Source: Nibricoccus sp. (GTDB lineage Bacteria > Verrucomicrobiota > Verrucomicrobiia > Opitutales > Opitutaceae). From it: DNA of 64,000 nt. Location of the stretch: positions 3,360,001-3,424,000 of the forward strand of contig JASGHG010000001.1 in assembly GCA_047602425.1 (NCBI GenBank), written 5' to 3'. Below, one piece after another: positions 38,862 through 50,115 of this stretch. Within the stretch, counting starts at the first letter, position 1. Every line of letters begins with the position of its first letter. Both the position numbers and the translations under genes were made by a program. The notes under the pieces were generated by a model. That model saw only the letters and a list, made by a program, of their open reading frames with translations. It had not been told where the DNA came from and did no database searches.

Positions 38862-40718
38862 ATGAGCTCCATCAACCGATTCCTCCTCCAAAACAACCTC
38901 CGCATCTCCACCAATCCCTGTGTTAGTCCCGACTTCTGCCTCGATTGGCCTGCGCTCAGCGCGAAGTTGGTCAGCGGCGCGACGGTGAAGGTCTGGCCGA
39001 AGAGCCAGTTTACCACCGCGGCCGGCAAGTGGACGTTGCTCGAAGATCCTTTCAACGGCGATTGTGCCTGGAAACTGGTTCCTAAAACCGGCACCGGCCT
39101 CAAGGTTCTCGCGGAAGGCGTGAAAATCAAAGGAGGCGCGGTTTTCCCTGCGACTTTCTCGAACCTGCTTGTATTGAAAAACCTGGTACAAAAAGCCGAC
39201 CCGGAATCGACGATCTTCGCGACGGCCGGCCAGAAGCTCGGCCAGAGCACGCTCGGCATCGGCGCACGCATGACCACGCTGCACTGGCCCGCGGTCGAAT
39301 GGGCAATGAGCACGCTCGGCATTGGTGTTACCGCCAACCAGAATTCCATTCCGCGCGAACTCGTTTACGACGTGAACTCGATGCTCGACGGCAAACTCGA
39401 CACGGTGCCATTTCCGTTTATCGGCACCAATGTTCCGGAAGGCCATCAGGGGCAGAGCGTCGAGGGCATGAGCCACGGTTGCGTGTTGTCGAAACTGAAA
39501 ACAGGCTTCCACAAGCGCGGCATTGCTTGGAGCTTCAACGCCGACCACCAGCCGATCGGCGGCAAATTCGACGTGCGTGAAGACCAACTTGTCACCGGCT
39601 GTGTGCTCGCGAGCTATATCACTTTCGATCTTTCGCCTGAACTTGCGCAGACCAAAGTGCCGGACGATGCCGCCGGTTGGGTCAAGGCGAACGTGCCCAC
39701 CGACCTTGTCGAAAAGGTTAAGGCGCGCGTCGCTTCTGTCGGCCTTACGGTCAATGAAACCGATCTGGCGAAGCTGCTCGCGTACGTCTGGCCCGCGGTG
39801 AAAAAGATGAAGGTGCGCGACGAAAAATATGCCGCGGCTCGCGCGAAACTTTTCACCACGAAAGTTGGCCGCACGTACCTGCGTGAACTTTCAATCGACG
39901 AACTGCCCGGCCTCACCACGCCGGAAACGACTGCCACCATGCTTTCGCTCTGCGAAGCGCTGGACATGAAGATCAACTTTGTCGCTCCAGCATTTGGCTT
40001 CCAGAAAAACATGCCTTATCCGGACAATGTCGCGCTGAAGGCGCTCATCGAGAAGCAGTGGGACGTCTGCAAAAAGTTCGGTTCCAGCATCGGTTTTCAC
40101 TCGGGCTCCGGCAAATCGGCGGAGAACTATCAAGTCATGGGTCAGGTCACCGGCAGCAACCTGGAGATCAAGACCAGCGGCCGTTATACCTATGAACTGG
40201 GTCGGGCTCTGTTTGCCTCGACCAGCGCTGCGGACCAGATGCTCTGGAGCGATTGGTACAAATTTACCGTTGAACTCGCCCTCAAGGGCGTTTTCAGCGC
40301 CGATGCCACTGAGCAGAAGATGGCACGGATCTTCGTGGTCGACGCCCTCAGCAAATCCGGCAAGCCCACCGAGGTATTCGCCAGCGAAGCGACCGCTCGC
40401 GCGGCGATCGAGGCATTGAAGCCGAGTCCGGAGCATATGTTCTGGTTCGAGTACAACTTTCTCTTCATCCTCGCCGGCGGCGGCAAAGCAGAGAAGAGCG
40501 CGCTGGGCGATCATTCGCCAGCTGGTTACCAGCAGCGCGCGCGGTTCTACTCGATCAGCGATGAAGGCCGTCTGAATTTCCTGAAGAATATCGCGAGCTA
40601 CATCGTTTTCCTGGCGGAGAACACCGCGCTGGCTTCCAAGAAAGTCTGCGCCGACGCCAAGAAAAAACTCGCCAGCTACAAAACGCTCGAAGCGATGCTG
40701 GACGGCGTGGCCAAGTAA
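38862..40718 (+). CDS. Tagaturonate/fructuronate epimerase (UxaE)-family protein, divergent
   Basis: NQNSIPREL, NADH, ELSIDE, APAFGFQK, FHSGSGK and IKTSG in the motif order I recall for UxaE. Confidence 0.7.
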   Translation: MSSINRFLLQNNLRISTNPCVSPDFCLDWPALSAKLVSGATVKVWPKSQFTTAAGKWTLLEDPFNGDCAWKLVPKTGTGLKVLAEGVKIKGGAVFPATFSNLLVLKNLVQKADPESTIFATAGQKLGQSTLGIGARMTTLHWPAVEWAMSTLGIGVTANQNSIPRELVYDVNSMLDGKLDTVPFPFIGTNVPEGHQGQSVEGMSHGCVLSKLKTGFHKRGIAWSFNADHQPIGGKFDVREDQLVTGCVLASYITFDLSPELAQTKVPDDAAGWVKANVPTDLVEKVKARVASVGLTVNETDLAKLLAYVWPAVKKMKVRDEKYAAARAKLFTTKVGRTYLRELSIDELPGLTTPETTATMLSLCEALDMKINFVAPAFGFQKNMPYPDNVALKALIEKQWDVCKKFGSSIGFHSGSGKSAENYQVMGQVTGSNLEIKTSGRYTYELGRALFASTSAADQMLWSDWYKFTVELALKGVFSADATEQKMARIFVVDALSKSGKPTEVFASEATARAAIEALKPSPEHMFWFEYNFLFILAGGGKAEKSALGDHSPAGYQQRARFYSISDEGRLNFLKNIASYIVFLAENTALASKKVCADAKKKLASYKTLEAMLDGVAK

Positions 40719-40740
40719 GCGCAACCACCGTTTCCACCAC

Positions 40741-40772
40741 AAAGGCCGGACGATTTGTCCGGCCTTTTTTTT
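40741..40772 (+). terminator. Intrinsic terminator
   Basis: AAAGGCCGGAC-gattt-GTCCGGCC followed by T8. Confidence 0.9.
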
Positions 40773-41058
40773 ATGCGCGCACTATGGAGTGCCAGCTTGA
40801 GTTCAAGCGGAACGAATTGGGTGCTTGATATTGAGACGGACGACGGGTGCCAACCTGTTGAAGCCGGATTTTTTGAGGCTGACCTCACCGCCGTACTTAG
40901 GCGGTTGTGGCTTTTAAGTTTTTGAATTCACTGAGTATCGCTGGAAATGTCGGTTTTTATAACGTTTGCCTGCGCTTACTTAGGCCATGCTGACGGGATG
41001 CGATGTCGGGCGGGGTTATATTCATAGAGGCATAGATAAATTTAACCCAACTTCCCCA

Positions 41059-41796
41059 ATGAAAACGCTCCATGGCTTTGCCCTGTTGTTGGCGGGACTC
41101 TTGGTGAGCCCGGCCCTTTCGCCAGCGGTTTTTGCCGCCGAGGCTTCGGATAAGAGACTAGCAGTGATACAGACCACCGAACCATTCGTGCGCACCAGGA
41201 TTGCCCAAGTCCTGCCCGCCCACGCGCAAGTTCGTTTGTTGATCAACGTGGACGCGACCGGAAAGCTCGTCGACTGGTTGTTGCTCGATTATTCCGAATC
41301 GATTTTTGCCGACGCCGTTGTGGACGCGGTGAAGCAGTGGAGATTCGATCCGGCGACTTACAAGGGCACGCCCATCGGCACGCGGACAACGCTGGTCTTC
41401 AATTTTGAAACAAATGGGCAGGTCGTATCGATGACTTGCCTGGATATGATCGATGCCTACATGAAAAACTTTACAAAGGACCAGATGGTGAAATGCGTGG
41501 TTCCGGGCAAGGAACTGGACTCCGCACCAAAGCCATTGGTTATGGTTTCGCCGCTGGCGATTCCGGCCGAACTAGCGGCCGGCGCCTCGGGTGTCACGGT
41601 CGATTTTTATATCGACGAAACCGGACGTCCCCGGATGCCCGCGGTGGATGTGAAGGAAAACGATCCGATGGCCCTGGCGTCGCTCGCCGCGATCGAGCAC
41701 TGGCGGTTCACGCCGCCGACGAGCAAAGGCCGCCCGGTCACTGTTAGAGCAACTCAGTGGTTCGATTTCAGCAAGACGACGGTTGCGGCAAAATAG
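41059..41796 (+). CDS. Secreted TonB-family protein with two TonB C-terminal domains
   Basis: Signal peptide; VDATGKL...AVKQWRFDPA and IDETGRP...AIEHWRFTPP..KGRPV repeats. Confidence 0.8.
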   Translation: MKTLHGFALLLAGLLVSPALSPAVFAAEASDKRLAVIQTTEPFVRTRIAQVLPAHAQVRLLINVDATGKLVDWLLLDYSESIFADAVVDAVKQWRFDPATYKGTPIGTRTTLVFNFETNGQVVSMTCLDMIDAYMKNFTKDQMVKCVVPGKELDSAPKPLVMVSPLAIPAELAAGASGVTVDFYIDETGRPRMPAVDVKENDPMALASLAAIEHWRFTPPTSKGRPVTVRATQWFDFSKTTVAAK

Positions 41797-41799
41797 CGC

Positions 41800-43218
<1,419 letters not shown>

Positions 43219-43315
43219 GGACGATGTGATCGAGTTGAAGTTGGAAGGTTAAGTTGAAGTGGGAAAGGCGCGGGAGGTCGTGCGCTTCAACTTGTCACTT
43301 AAACTCTCCTGAGCA

Positions 43316-44569
43316 TCAGATGCTCAGGAGCAGGCGAGCGGGGTCTTCGATGGCTTGCTTCACTTTTACGAGGAAAGTGACGGCTTCGCGGCCGTCGACT
43401 AGGCGGTGATCATAACTAAGCGCCAGATACATCATCGGGCGGATCACGACCTGGCCGTTGATGGCGACAGGACGATCATTGATGGCGTGGAGGCCGAGGA
43501 TGGCGCTTTGCGGGGCGTTGATGATCGGCGTGGACAGCATGGAGCCGAAGATGCCGCCGTTGGTGATGGTGAAGACGCCGCCTTCGAGATCGGCGAGGGT
43601 GATTTTGCCATCGCGGGCGCGCTTGGCGGCGTCAGCGATGGATTTTTCAATATCGGCCATCCCGAGTGCATCACAGCCGCGAATGACGGGGACCATGAGA
43701 CCCTTCTCCGTGGAAACAGCGACACCGATGTCGTAATAATGGTTCTGGACGATGGTTTCGCCGTCGATTTGGGCGTTGATGGCCGGAACTTCCTTGAGGG
43801 CGTTGACAACGGCCTTGGTGAAAAACGACATGAAGCCGAGCTTGAGGCCGTTTTTCTTCACGAAGTCGTCCTGGTATTTTGCGCGCAGGGCCATGACGGC
43901 GGACATGTCGACCTCGTTGAAAGTCGTGAGCATGGCGGCTTCGTGCTGGGCTGAAACCAGGCGCTCTGCAATGCGCTGACGGAGCGGGGAGAGTTTTTTG
44001 CGGGTTTGCTTTTCGGAGGACGGGACGGAGGCGGCTGGCGAGACGGACGTGGGCACGGAAGGTTTTTCAGCAGGAGTGACTGGCGTGGCAGGGATTGGAG
44101 ATTTGGGATTCGAAATTTCAGAAGCGGCTGCCGTGGCCTCCGAAGCCTTGGCGGTGGAGGCCGAGAGCATGTCTTCCTTGGTGACGCGGCCGCCTTTGCC
44201 GGTGCCGGCTAGTTTGGCTGGATCAATTCCTGTTTCCTCGGCGAGCCGGCGCACGGCGGGGGAACGGGGCAATTTGAGTTCCGCGGACTGGGCCTGCGTG
44301 ACCATGGGCGGAGCCGAATGCGAATCGACGCCGGTCGTATCGATCATGGCGACGAGCTGACCGATTTTGACGTCGGCCCCTTCGGCGATTTTCACGGAAA
44401 TCCGACCACCGGCCTCGGCCGTGGCCTCTGAGGTGATTTTGTCGGTTTCGAGTTCGAAGAGAGGCTGGTCTTTTTTGACGTAGGCGCCGTCTTTCACGTG
44501 CCATTTTGCCAAAACGCCGGAGGTGATCGATTCGCCCATGGGCGGGATTTTAACTTCGAGCAAAGCCAT
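43316..44569 (-). CDS. sucB: Dihydrolipoamide succinyltransferase (E2)
   Basis: Lipoyl motif ETDKI, E3-binding [23 protein letters not shown] and [11 protein letters not shown]. Confidence 0.97.
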   Translation of the reverse strand: MALLEVKIPPMGESITSGVLAKWHVKDGAYVKKDQPLFELETDKITSEATAEAGGRISVKIAEGADVKIGQLVAMIDTTGVDSHSAPPMVTQAQSAELKLPRSPAVRRLAEETGIDPAKLAGTGKGGRVTKEDMLSASTAKASEATAAASEISNPKSPIPATPVTPAEKPSVPTSVSPAASVPSSEKQTRKKLSPLRQRIAERLVSAQHEAAMLTTFNEVDMSAVMALRAKYQDDFVKKNGLKLGFMSFFTKAVVNALKEVPAINAQIDGETIVQNHYYDIGVAVSTEKGLMVPVIRGCDALGMADIEKSIADAAKRARDGKITLADLEGGVFTITNGGIFGSMLSTPIINAPQSAILGLHAINDRPVAINGQVVIRPMMYLALSYDHRLVDGREAVTFLVKVKQAIEDPARLLLSI

Positions 44570-44582
44570 AGGAATTGGGGTT

Positions 44583-47345
44583 TTAGAGATTAAAGGCGTC
44601 TTGGAGGAGGGCCGCACGCTCAATCTTATGGACGGCGAGGGCGCCGACGGCGGGCGAGGCACCTGCGTCGCGGCCGGCGTATGTCGCTTTGCGGCCGAAA
44701 ATTTCTTCGATTTGCGGAGCGATGTACGACCAAGCGCCCATGTTTTGCGGCTCTTCCTGGCACCAGACGAGATGGTTGGCGCGTCCGTACTTGTCGATTA
44801 GCGCAGAGAGACGGTTGCGGTGAAGCGGGTAAAGTTGCTCGATGCGGATGATCGCGGTGTCGTTGACCTTGTTCTTTTCGCGATACTCGACGAGATCATA
44901 GTAAACCTTGCCGGAGCAAAGGATGATGCGGCTCGGTTTGGCGGGAGCGAGTGGATCGTCCAGGATTTCCTGGAAGGAGCCGGACGTGAATTCGCCCAAC
45001 TTCGAGACGGCGGCGGGATGGCGCAGCAGCGACTTGGGCGACATGATGATCAGCGGCTTCTTGAAATCGCGGTGCATCTGGCGGCGAAGCGCATGGAAGA
45101 TTTGGGCCGGCGTGGTGAGGTTGGCGACCTGGATGTTGTTCTCGGCGCAGGCTTGCAGGAAGCGTTCAAGGCGAGCCGAGGAGTGCTCGGGGCCCTGTCC
45201 TTCATAACCATGAGGAAGAAGTAAAACGATGCCGCTGTTGCGCTGCCATTTTGACTCTGAGGAAACGATGAACTGATCAATGACGACCTGGGCTCCATTG
45301 GCGAAGTCGCCGAACTGGGCCTCCCAGATGCAGAGCATGCGCGGGTAATCGAGCGAATAGCCATAGTCGAAGCCAAGCACGGCGGCCTCGGAGAGAAGCG
45401 AATTATAAACGCAGAAACGCTCCTGCTTCTCGGCGAGGTGCATGAGCGGCACGTATTTTTCGCGCGTTTCGTGATCGTAAAGCACCGCGTGGCGATGGCT
45501 GAAGGTTCCGCGTTCGCAGTCCTGTCCGGAAAGGCGGACGGGAATTCCCTCAAGAAGCAGCGTGCCGAACGCGAGGGACTCGCCAAGGCCCCAGTCGATC
45601 GAGCCCCCGTCCTTGATCGCTTGCGCACGGGTTTCGAGAAGGCGCTTGATCTTGGGGTTGGTTTTGAAATGGGCGGGGACGTTGGTCATGCCGCGCACGC
45701 ATTGTTCGATGAGGGCTTGCGGCACGCCGGTTTGGACGGCGGTGTGTTGGTAGACGGGTTGAAAAATCGCGGTGGACCCGCGGAATTTCTCGGTGGGATC
45801 GTGCTTGGCTTTTTCCGCCTCGGCGGCCTTCGCCTTGGTGAACGAGGCTTCCATCGCGGAGGTGTATTCGGCCTTGATCGCGTCGGAATCGGCCTGCGTG
45901 ATCGAACCTTCGGCGACGAGCTTCTCGGTGTAGAGGGTCGAAAGCAGCGGATGGGTCGCGATTTTCCGGTAGAGAGTGGGTTGGGTGAAGGCTGGTTCGT
46001 CGGTCTCGTTGTGGCCGTGGCGGCGGAAGCAGTACATGTCGATCACGACGTCGCGCTGAAACTTCATGCGGAAGTCGAGCGCGAGCTGGGTCACAAGACA
46101 GACGGCCTCGGCGTCGTCACCATTCACATGGAAAACGGGCGCCTCGATCATTTTCGCCACATCGGTGCAGTAGCGGGTCGATCGGGCGTCTCCGGGCAGT
46201 GTGGTAAAGCCGATCTGGTTGTTGATGACAAAATGGATCGTGCCGCCGGTGCGATAGCCCTGAAGCTGGGAAAAATTGAGCGTTTCTGCGACGACGCCCT
46301 GGCCGGCAAACGCGGCGTCGCCGTGTATCAGGAAAGGCAATACCTTGCGGCGTTCGGCGGTGTCGCCGCGGATGCGTTGGCGGGCGCGGGCTTTGCCCTC
46401 GACGACGGGATTGACGATCTCAAGGTGTGATGGGTTGGCAGCGAGACGGACTTCGACCTTCTTGCCTGCGGCGGTATCGAGAATGGCTTCGTAACCAAGA
46501 TGGTATTTCACGTCGCCATCGCCGCCGACGGCGTGGGGAATGTAGTTTTCCGAAAATTGTTCGAAGAGAACATCGAAAGGCTTGCGAAGAATGTTGGTCA
46601 GCACGCTGAGACGGCCGCGATGGGCCATGCCCATGACGATTTCCTCCACGCCGGCCTGCGGGCTGCTTTCGATCAAGGTATCGAGCGCGGCGATCATCGT
46701 TTCGCCGCCTTCGAGCGAGAAACGTTTTTGTCCAACGTATTTCGTGTGAAGAAATTTTTCGAAAAGCTCGGCCTTATGAAGACGGCGAAGAATGCGGAGC
46801 TTTTGAGTTTTATTGAATTGGGGACGCAGGCGGGTCGGTTCGATGCGTTCCTGAAGCCAGCGGCGCACTTCGGTGTCCTGGATGTAGACGTATTCCACGC
46901 CAATATGGCCGCAGTAGGTTTCGCGCAGGCTGTCGACCAAGTCGCGCAATTTCATCAGGCCGCCATTGAGATAGTGGCCGACGTCGAAACGATCGTCGAG
47001 ATCGGCTTCGCTCAGCTTGAACTCGCTGAGTTGCAGTCTCGGCGATGGCGGTGGCGGAGTGCTGAGCGGATCAAGGTGAGCTTGGTGATGGCCGATGGAT
47101 CGGTAATGGTAGATTAGGCTGTGAACTTGGGATTGCTTGAGGCTTTGCGGAAGCGAGGTGGCGGGAGTTTCCGAGGTAATGGGGCCGGAAACGCCATTGA
47201 TCAGGTTGCCGCTGGTGCCGAGGGTGAAGCCTTGAAAAAAAGCGCGCCACGTGGCGTCGACGGATTCGGGATTCTCAAGCCAGGCGCGATAAGAGGATTC
47301 GAGAATGTCGGCGTTGGCACGCGTGGGGAGCGTCATGGAATTCAT
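44583..47345 (-). CDS. sucA: 2-oxoglutarate dehydrogenase E1
   Basis: [31 protein letters not shown] and [20 protein letters not shown] motifs. Confidence 0.98.
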   Translation of the reverse strand: MNSMTLPTRANADILESSYRAWLENPESVDATWRAFFQGFTLGTSGNLINGVSGPITSETPATSLPQSLKQSQVHSLIYHYRSIGHHQAHLDPLSTPPPPSPRLQLSEFKLSEADLDDRFDVGHYLNGGLMKLRDLVDSLRETYCGHIGVEYVYIQDTEVRRWLQERIEPTRLRPQFNKTQKLRILRRLHKAELFEKFLHTKYVGQKRFSLEGGETMIAALDTLIESSPQAGVEEIVMGMAHRGRLSVLTNILRKPFDVLFEQFSENYIPHAVGGDGDVKYHLGYEAILDTAAGKKVEVRLAANPSHLEIVNPVVEGKARARQRIRGDTAERRKVLPFLIHGDAAFAGQGVVAETLNFSQLQGYRTGGTIHFVINNQIGFTTLPGDARSTRYCTDVAKMIEAPVFHVNGDDAEAVCLVTQLALDFRMKFQRDVVIDMYCFRRHGHNETDEPAFTQPTLYRKIATHPLLSTLYTEKLVAEGSITQADSDAIKAEYTSAMEASFTKAKAAEAEKAKHDPTEKFRGSTAIFQPVYQHTAVQTGVPQALIEQCVRGMTNVPAHFKTNPKIKRLLETRAQAIKDGGSIDWGLGESLAFGTLLLEGIPVRLSGQDCERGTFSHRHAVLYDHETREKYVPLMHLAEKQERFCVYNSLLSEAAVLGFDYGYSLDYPRMLCIWEAQFGDFANGAQVVIDQFIVSSESKWQRNSGIVLLLPHGYEGQGPEHSSARLERFLQACAENNIQVANLTTPAQIFHALRRQMHRDFKKPLIIMSPKSLLRHPAAVSKLGEFTSGSFQEILDDPLAPAKPSRIILCSGKVYYDLVEYREKNKVNDTAIIRIEQLYPLHRNRLSALIDKYGRANHLVWCQEEPQNMGAWSYIAPQIEEIFGRKATYAGRDAGASPAVGALAVHKIERAALLQDAFNL

Positions 47346-47539
47346 CGGAAGGAAAGATTTGGAAAGTGGTGGAACTAGGAGGCTCCCGCATTAACGAGCT
47401 TTATACGGGGAGTGAAAAAAAGTGAACTCCACCTGACAAATGGTTCAAGTCGATTACCCATTGTATAGCCGTCCTGCGCCTACTTTGCAGGAAAGTTAAG
47501 ACACTGATGGTAAACCGATAATTACAGGTAATAACCCGC

Positions 47540-47788
47540 ATGGAAACTGAGATCAAAGCATCGCTAATCAATCTAATGGGTGGCATTAAAGCCGCTGATG
47601 GAAAAGTCATCGTTGCGGCGACATCGCGGCTGGATGAGCTGGTAGCGCTGAGCCGAAGCAGACTGCATCCGCAACTCGTTCACTTTCTAGAACGGCGGAG
47701 CTACGACAAGGCCTTGCAGTTTCTCTCCGGCGTCAGCGATATCCCGGCTGGAATTTGTGGCGGAGGCAAAGTAAAGACGGGGCCATAA
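47540..47788 (+). CDS. Hypothetical protein (82 aa)
   Basis: ATG start, stop directly abuts the yciH start, amphipathic helices (LHPQLVHFLERRSYDKALQFL). Confidence 0.65.
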   Translation: METEIKASLINLMGGIKAADGKVIVAATSRLDELVALSRSRLHPQLVHFLERRSYDKALQFLSGVSDIPAGICGGGKVKTGP

Positions 47789-48193
47789 ATGAGCTCCTCG
47801 AACAAGATTCCGACCGATGGCGGACAAAGTCTCGGGCAAAATTCCTTCGCCGCGCTGGACGGATTGTCGCTGCCTTCTAATGGAGCTGCGCCCCAGCAGC
47901 CTGCGGTCAATTTAACTCAAAAGGCGGCGCCGGAGGCTCCGGCCAAGAATCGCGGACGGGTCGACATCTTGCGCGAAAAAGCCGGACGCGGCGGAAAAAC
48001 GGTCACCGTGGCCACGGGTTTTGTCGGTATCGGCTTGCCGGAAAAAGAAGCCCTCGCGAAAAAAATGCAGAAAGCGGCTGGTTCGGGTGGAACCGTGAAA
48101 GACGGCCGCATTGAAATCCAAGGCGACAAGCGCGAAGTGGTCGCGCGTATTTTGACCGAGGCCGGTTTCCGGCCGGTCATGGCCGGCGGATGA
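47789..48193 (+). CDS. yciH: Translation initiation factor SUI1/YciH
   Basis: REKAGRGGKTVT and GSGGTVKDGRIEIQGD motifs. Confidence 0.92.
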   Translation: MSSSNKIPTDGGQSLGQNSFAALDGLSLPSNGAAPQQPAVNLTQKAAPEAPAKNRGRVDILREKAGRGGKTVTVATGFVGIGLPEKEALAKKMQKAAGSGGTVKDGRIEIQGDKREVVARILTEAGFRPVMAGG

Positions 48194-48277
48194 AGAAACT
48201 TTAATTTCCTGAATCTCGCAGAAAAAACGGAGCGCGCGGAGGGTGCGCAGATCTGCGGACAATCCCCGCTATCCCGC

Positions 48278-49126
48278 CTACCGCGAACTACTTTCTGTGT
48301 ATCCGCCGCTCCACTTCAATTTGGCGCGCATGACGGAGAAATGGGAATAATCGAGACGCTGCACCAGCGGAAGTTCCTGCTTTGCCACGGCGATTTCGAT
48401 GGGCGAACCTTCGCAGGTCACAAGGTTGCGCTGACCGTCCATGGCCACCAGCAGGCGGGAGGGCTCGCTGCGATTGACGACCCGGAGCTTCACATCGCCT
48501 CGGAAAATGATGGAGCGATTGCTCAGCGTGTGCGGACAAATCGGCGTCATCGCGATCACGCCCGCGTTGGGATGAATGAGGGGGCCGCCGGCGGAGAGAT
48601 TGTAGGCGGTCGAACCCGTTGGCGTGGAAAAAATCAGACCGTCGCAAACGTACTCGGTGACGAGCTCGTCATCGGCGAAAACCTCCAAGCGCACGAGGCG
48701 CGAGGTGCGCTCGTCCTTGATGAGGACATCGTTAAGCGCAACGTCGTGCTGGTGGCCCTCGCAGGAGGAGCAGCTAAGCAGTGAACGTTTTGCGAGGCGA
48801 AATTCGCCGGCGAGCAGCGATGGAAACTGTGCGCGCACTTCATCGGCGGAAAATGTCGTGAGGAAGCCCAGGCTGCCGCGGTTCACGCCGATGATCGGCA
48901 CTTGTGCGCGGGCGGACTCGCACACGACACCGAGCAAGGTGCCGTCGCCACCGATCACGCAGCAGGCATCGCAGCCTTTAAGAAAACCCGTGGCTACAGG
49001 GAATTGTTCGGTATGGACTATGCGGATACCGCTGGCCTTGGCCATGTCCATCAAAGCCTGGGCAAGTTCGCTGGCGCCGCTTTTTTGGGCGTTTACAACA
49101 AACGCGAGGCTGCGGATGGGTGTCAT
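48278..49126 (-). CDS. nadK: NAD kinase
   Basis: GGDGTLL, GVNRGSLGFL, ALND and DGLIFSTPTGSTAYNLSAGGP motifs. Confidence 0.96.
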   Translation of the reverse strand: MTPIRSLAFVVNAQKSGASELAQALMDMAKASGIRIVHTEQFPVATGFLKGCDACCVIGGDGTLLGVVCESARAQVPIIGVNRGSLGFLTTFSADEVRAQFPSLLAGEFRLAKRSLLSCSSCEGHQHDVALNDVLIKDERTSRLVRLEVFADDELVTEYVCDGLIFSTPTGSTAYNLSAGGPLIHPNAGVIAMTPICPHTLSNRSIIFRGDVKLRVVNRSEPSRLLVAMDGQRNLVTCEGSPIEIAVAKQELPLVQRLDYSHFSVMRAKLKWSGGYTESSSR

Positions 49127-49163
49127 TGGGTGCGGGAGAGTTTGACGGTGTGGTCGCTGTATA

Positions 49164-49193
49164 CTCCGTGTCGGAGCTTTGTATCTCTGTGCC
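49164..49193. repeat. Solo degenerate arm of the CCACAGAG element family
   Basis: CTCCGTGTCGGAGCTTTGTATCTCTGTGCC aligns with the right arm of copy 1 (CTCTGTGTCCGAGCTCTGTCCACTCTGTGGC). Confidence 0.55.
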
Positions 49194-49229
49194 TTAACGG
49201 ATTGGAGGGTGCATGACCCGGCGCTGGAT

Positions 49230-49979
49230 TCAAGTTTTTCGCAGTCCGATCAGGAATTCGCGATTGCCGTCAGTTCCCGTGATGGGGGAGTCCATTGAAC
49301 CGATGAGTGCGGAGCCACCCAGCTCGCCGAGTGCAAAGGCAGTGATGTCGGCGAGCACGGCGTTTTGCACAGCGACATCGCGAATGACGCCGCGGCCTTT
49401 GTCGACCTCGGCTTTGCCGGCTTCGAATTGTGGCTTAACGAGTGCGATCAAGGTTCCGCCGTTCCGCACGAACGGCCATACGGCGGGTAGCACGGCCTTG
49501 AGCGAAATGAACGAAAGATCCATGACCACGACGTCGAACTCGTCGCGAGGCAGAAAACCGGGTTTGAGATGGCGGGCGTTGACCTGTTCGAAATTGGTGA
49601 CGCGAGGATCGGCTCGGAGCTTGGCGTGCAGTTGCGCACGGCCCACGTCGACACAGGTCGCGGTTGCGGCACCGGCTTGTAACGCACAGTCGGTAAAACC
49701 TCCGGTGGAGGCGCCGACGTCCAGCAAGTGCGCACCGCGCAGATCGAGCGGAAATTTTTCCAGGAAGCCCGCAAGTTTTTCGCCGCCGCGGCTCACGAAA
49801 CGGGGCGGTTGTTCGACAACGAGCTCAACATCGTGAGGATATTCTTTGCCCGGTTTGTCGAGACGTTCGGTGCCGCGCAAAACGCGTCCCGACATAATCA
49901 AACCCTTGGCCTGCGAACGCGTTTCCGCCAGGCCTCGGGCGACGAGCAATTCATCCAAGCGTTGTTTGGCGGCGGGCAT
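49230..49979 (-). CDS. tlyA: TlyA-family rRNA methyltransferase
   Basis: S4 domain, [27 protein letters not shown] and GNREFL motifs. Confidence 0.96.
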   Translation of the reverse strand: MPAAKQRLDELLVARGLAETRSQAKGLIMSGRVLRGTERLDKPGKEYPHDVELVVEQPPRFVSRGGEKLAGFLEKFPLDLRGAHLLDVGASTGGFTDCALQAGAATATCVDVGRAQLHAKLRADPRVTNFEQVNARHLKPGFLPRDEFDVVVMDLSFISLKAVLPAVWPFVRNGGTLIALVKPQFEAGKAEVDKGRGVIRDVAVQNAVLADITAFALGELGGSALIGSMDSPITGTDGNREFLIGLRKT

Positions 49980-50115
49980 TTAAACAGGACAGGAAACGCA
50001 GTTTGGCCGGGGCGTCGATGCGATAAGCGGCGGCTTATGAATTGAAACCGCACAACAAGGGCGCGCGCTTTCCGGCTTCCCTGTGCTCCGTGGATTGCCC
50101 TACGGTAGCGTTTCC

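Noticed and set aside
47439..47455. GGTTCAAGT tRNA T-loop-like sequence
   Set aside because: T stem is imperfect and no D arm, anticodon arm or acceptor stem can be built.
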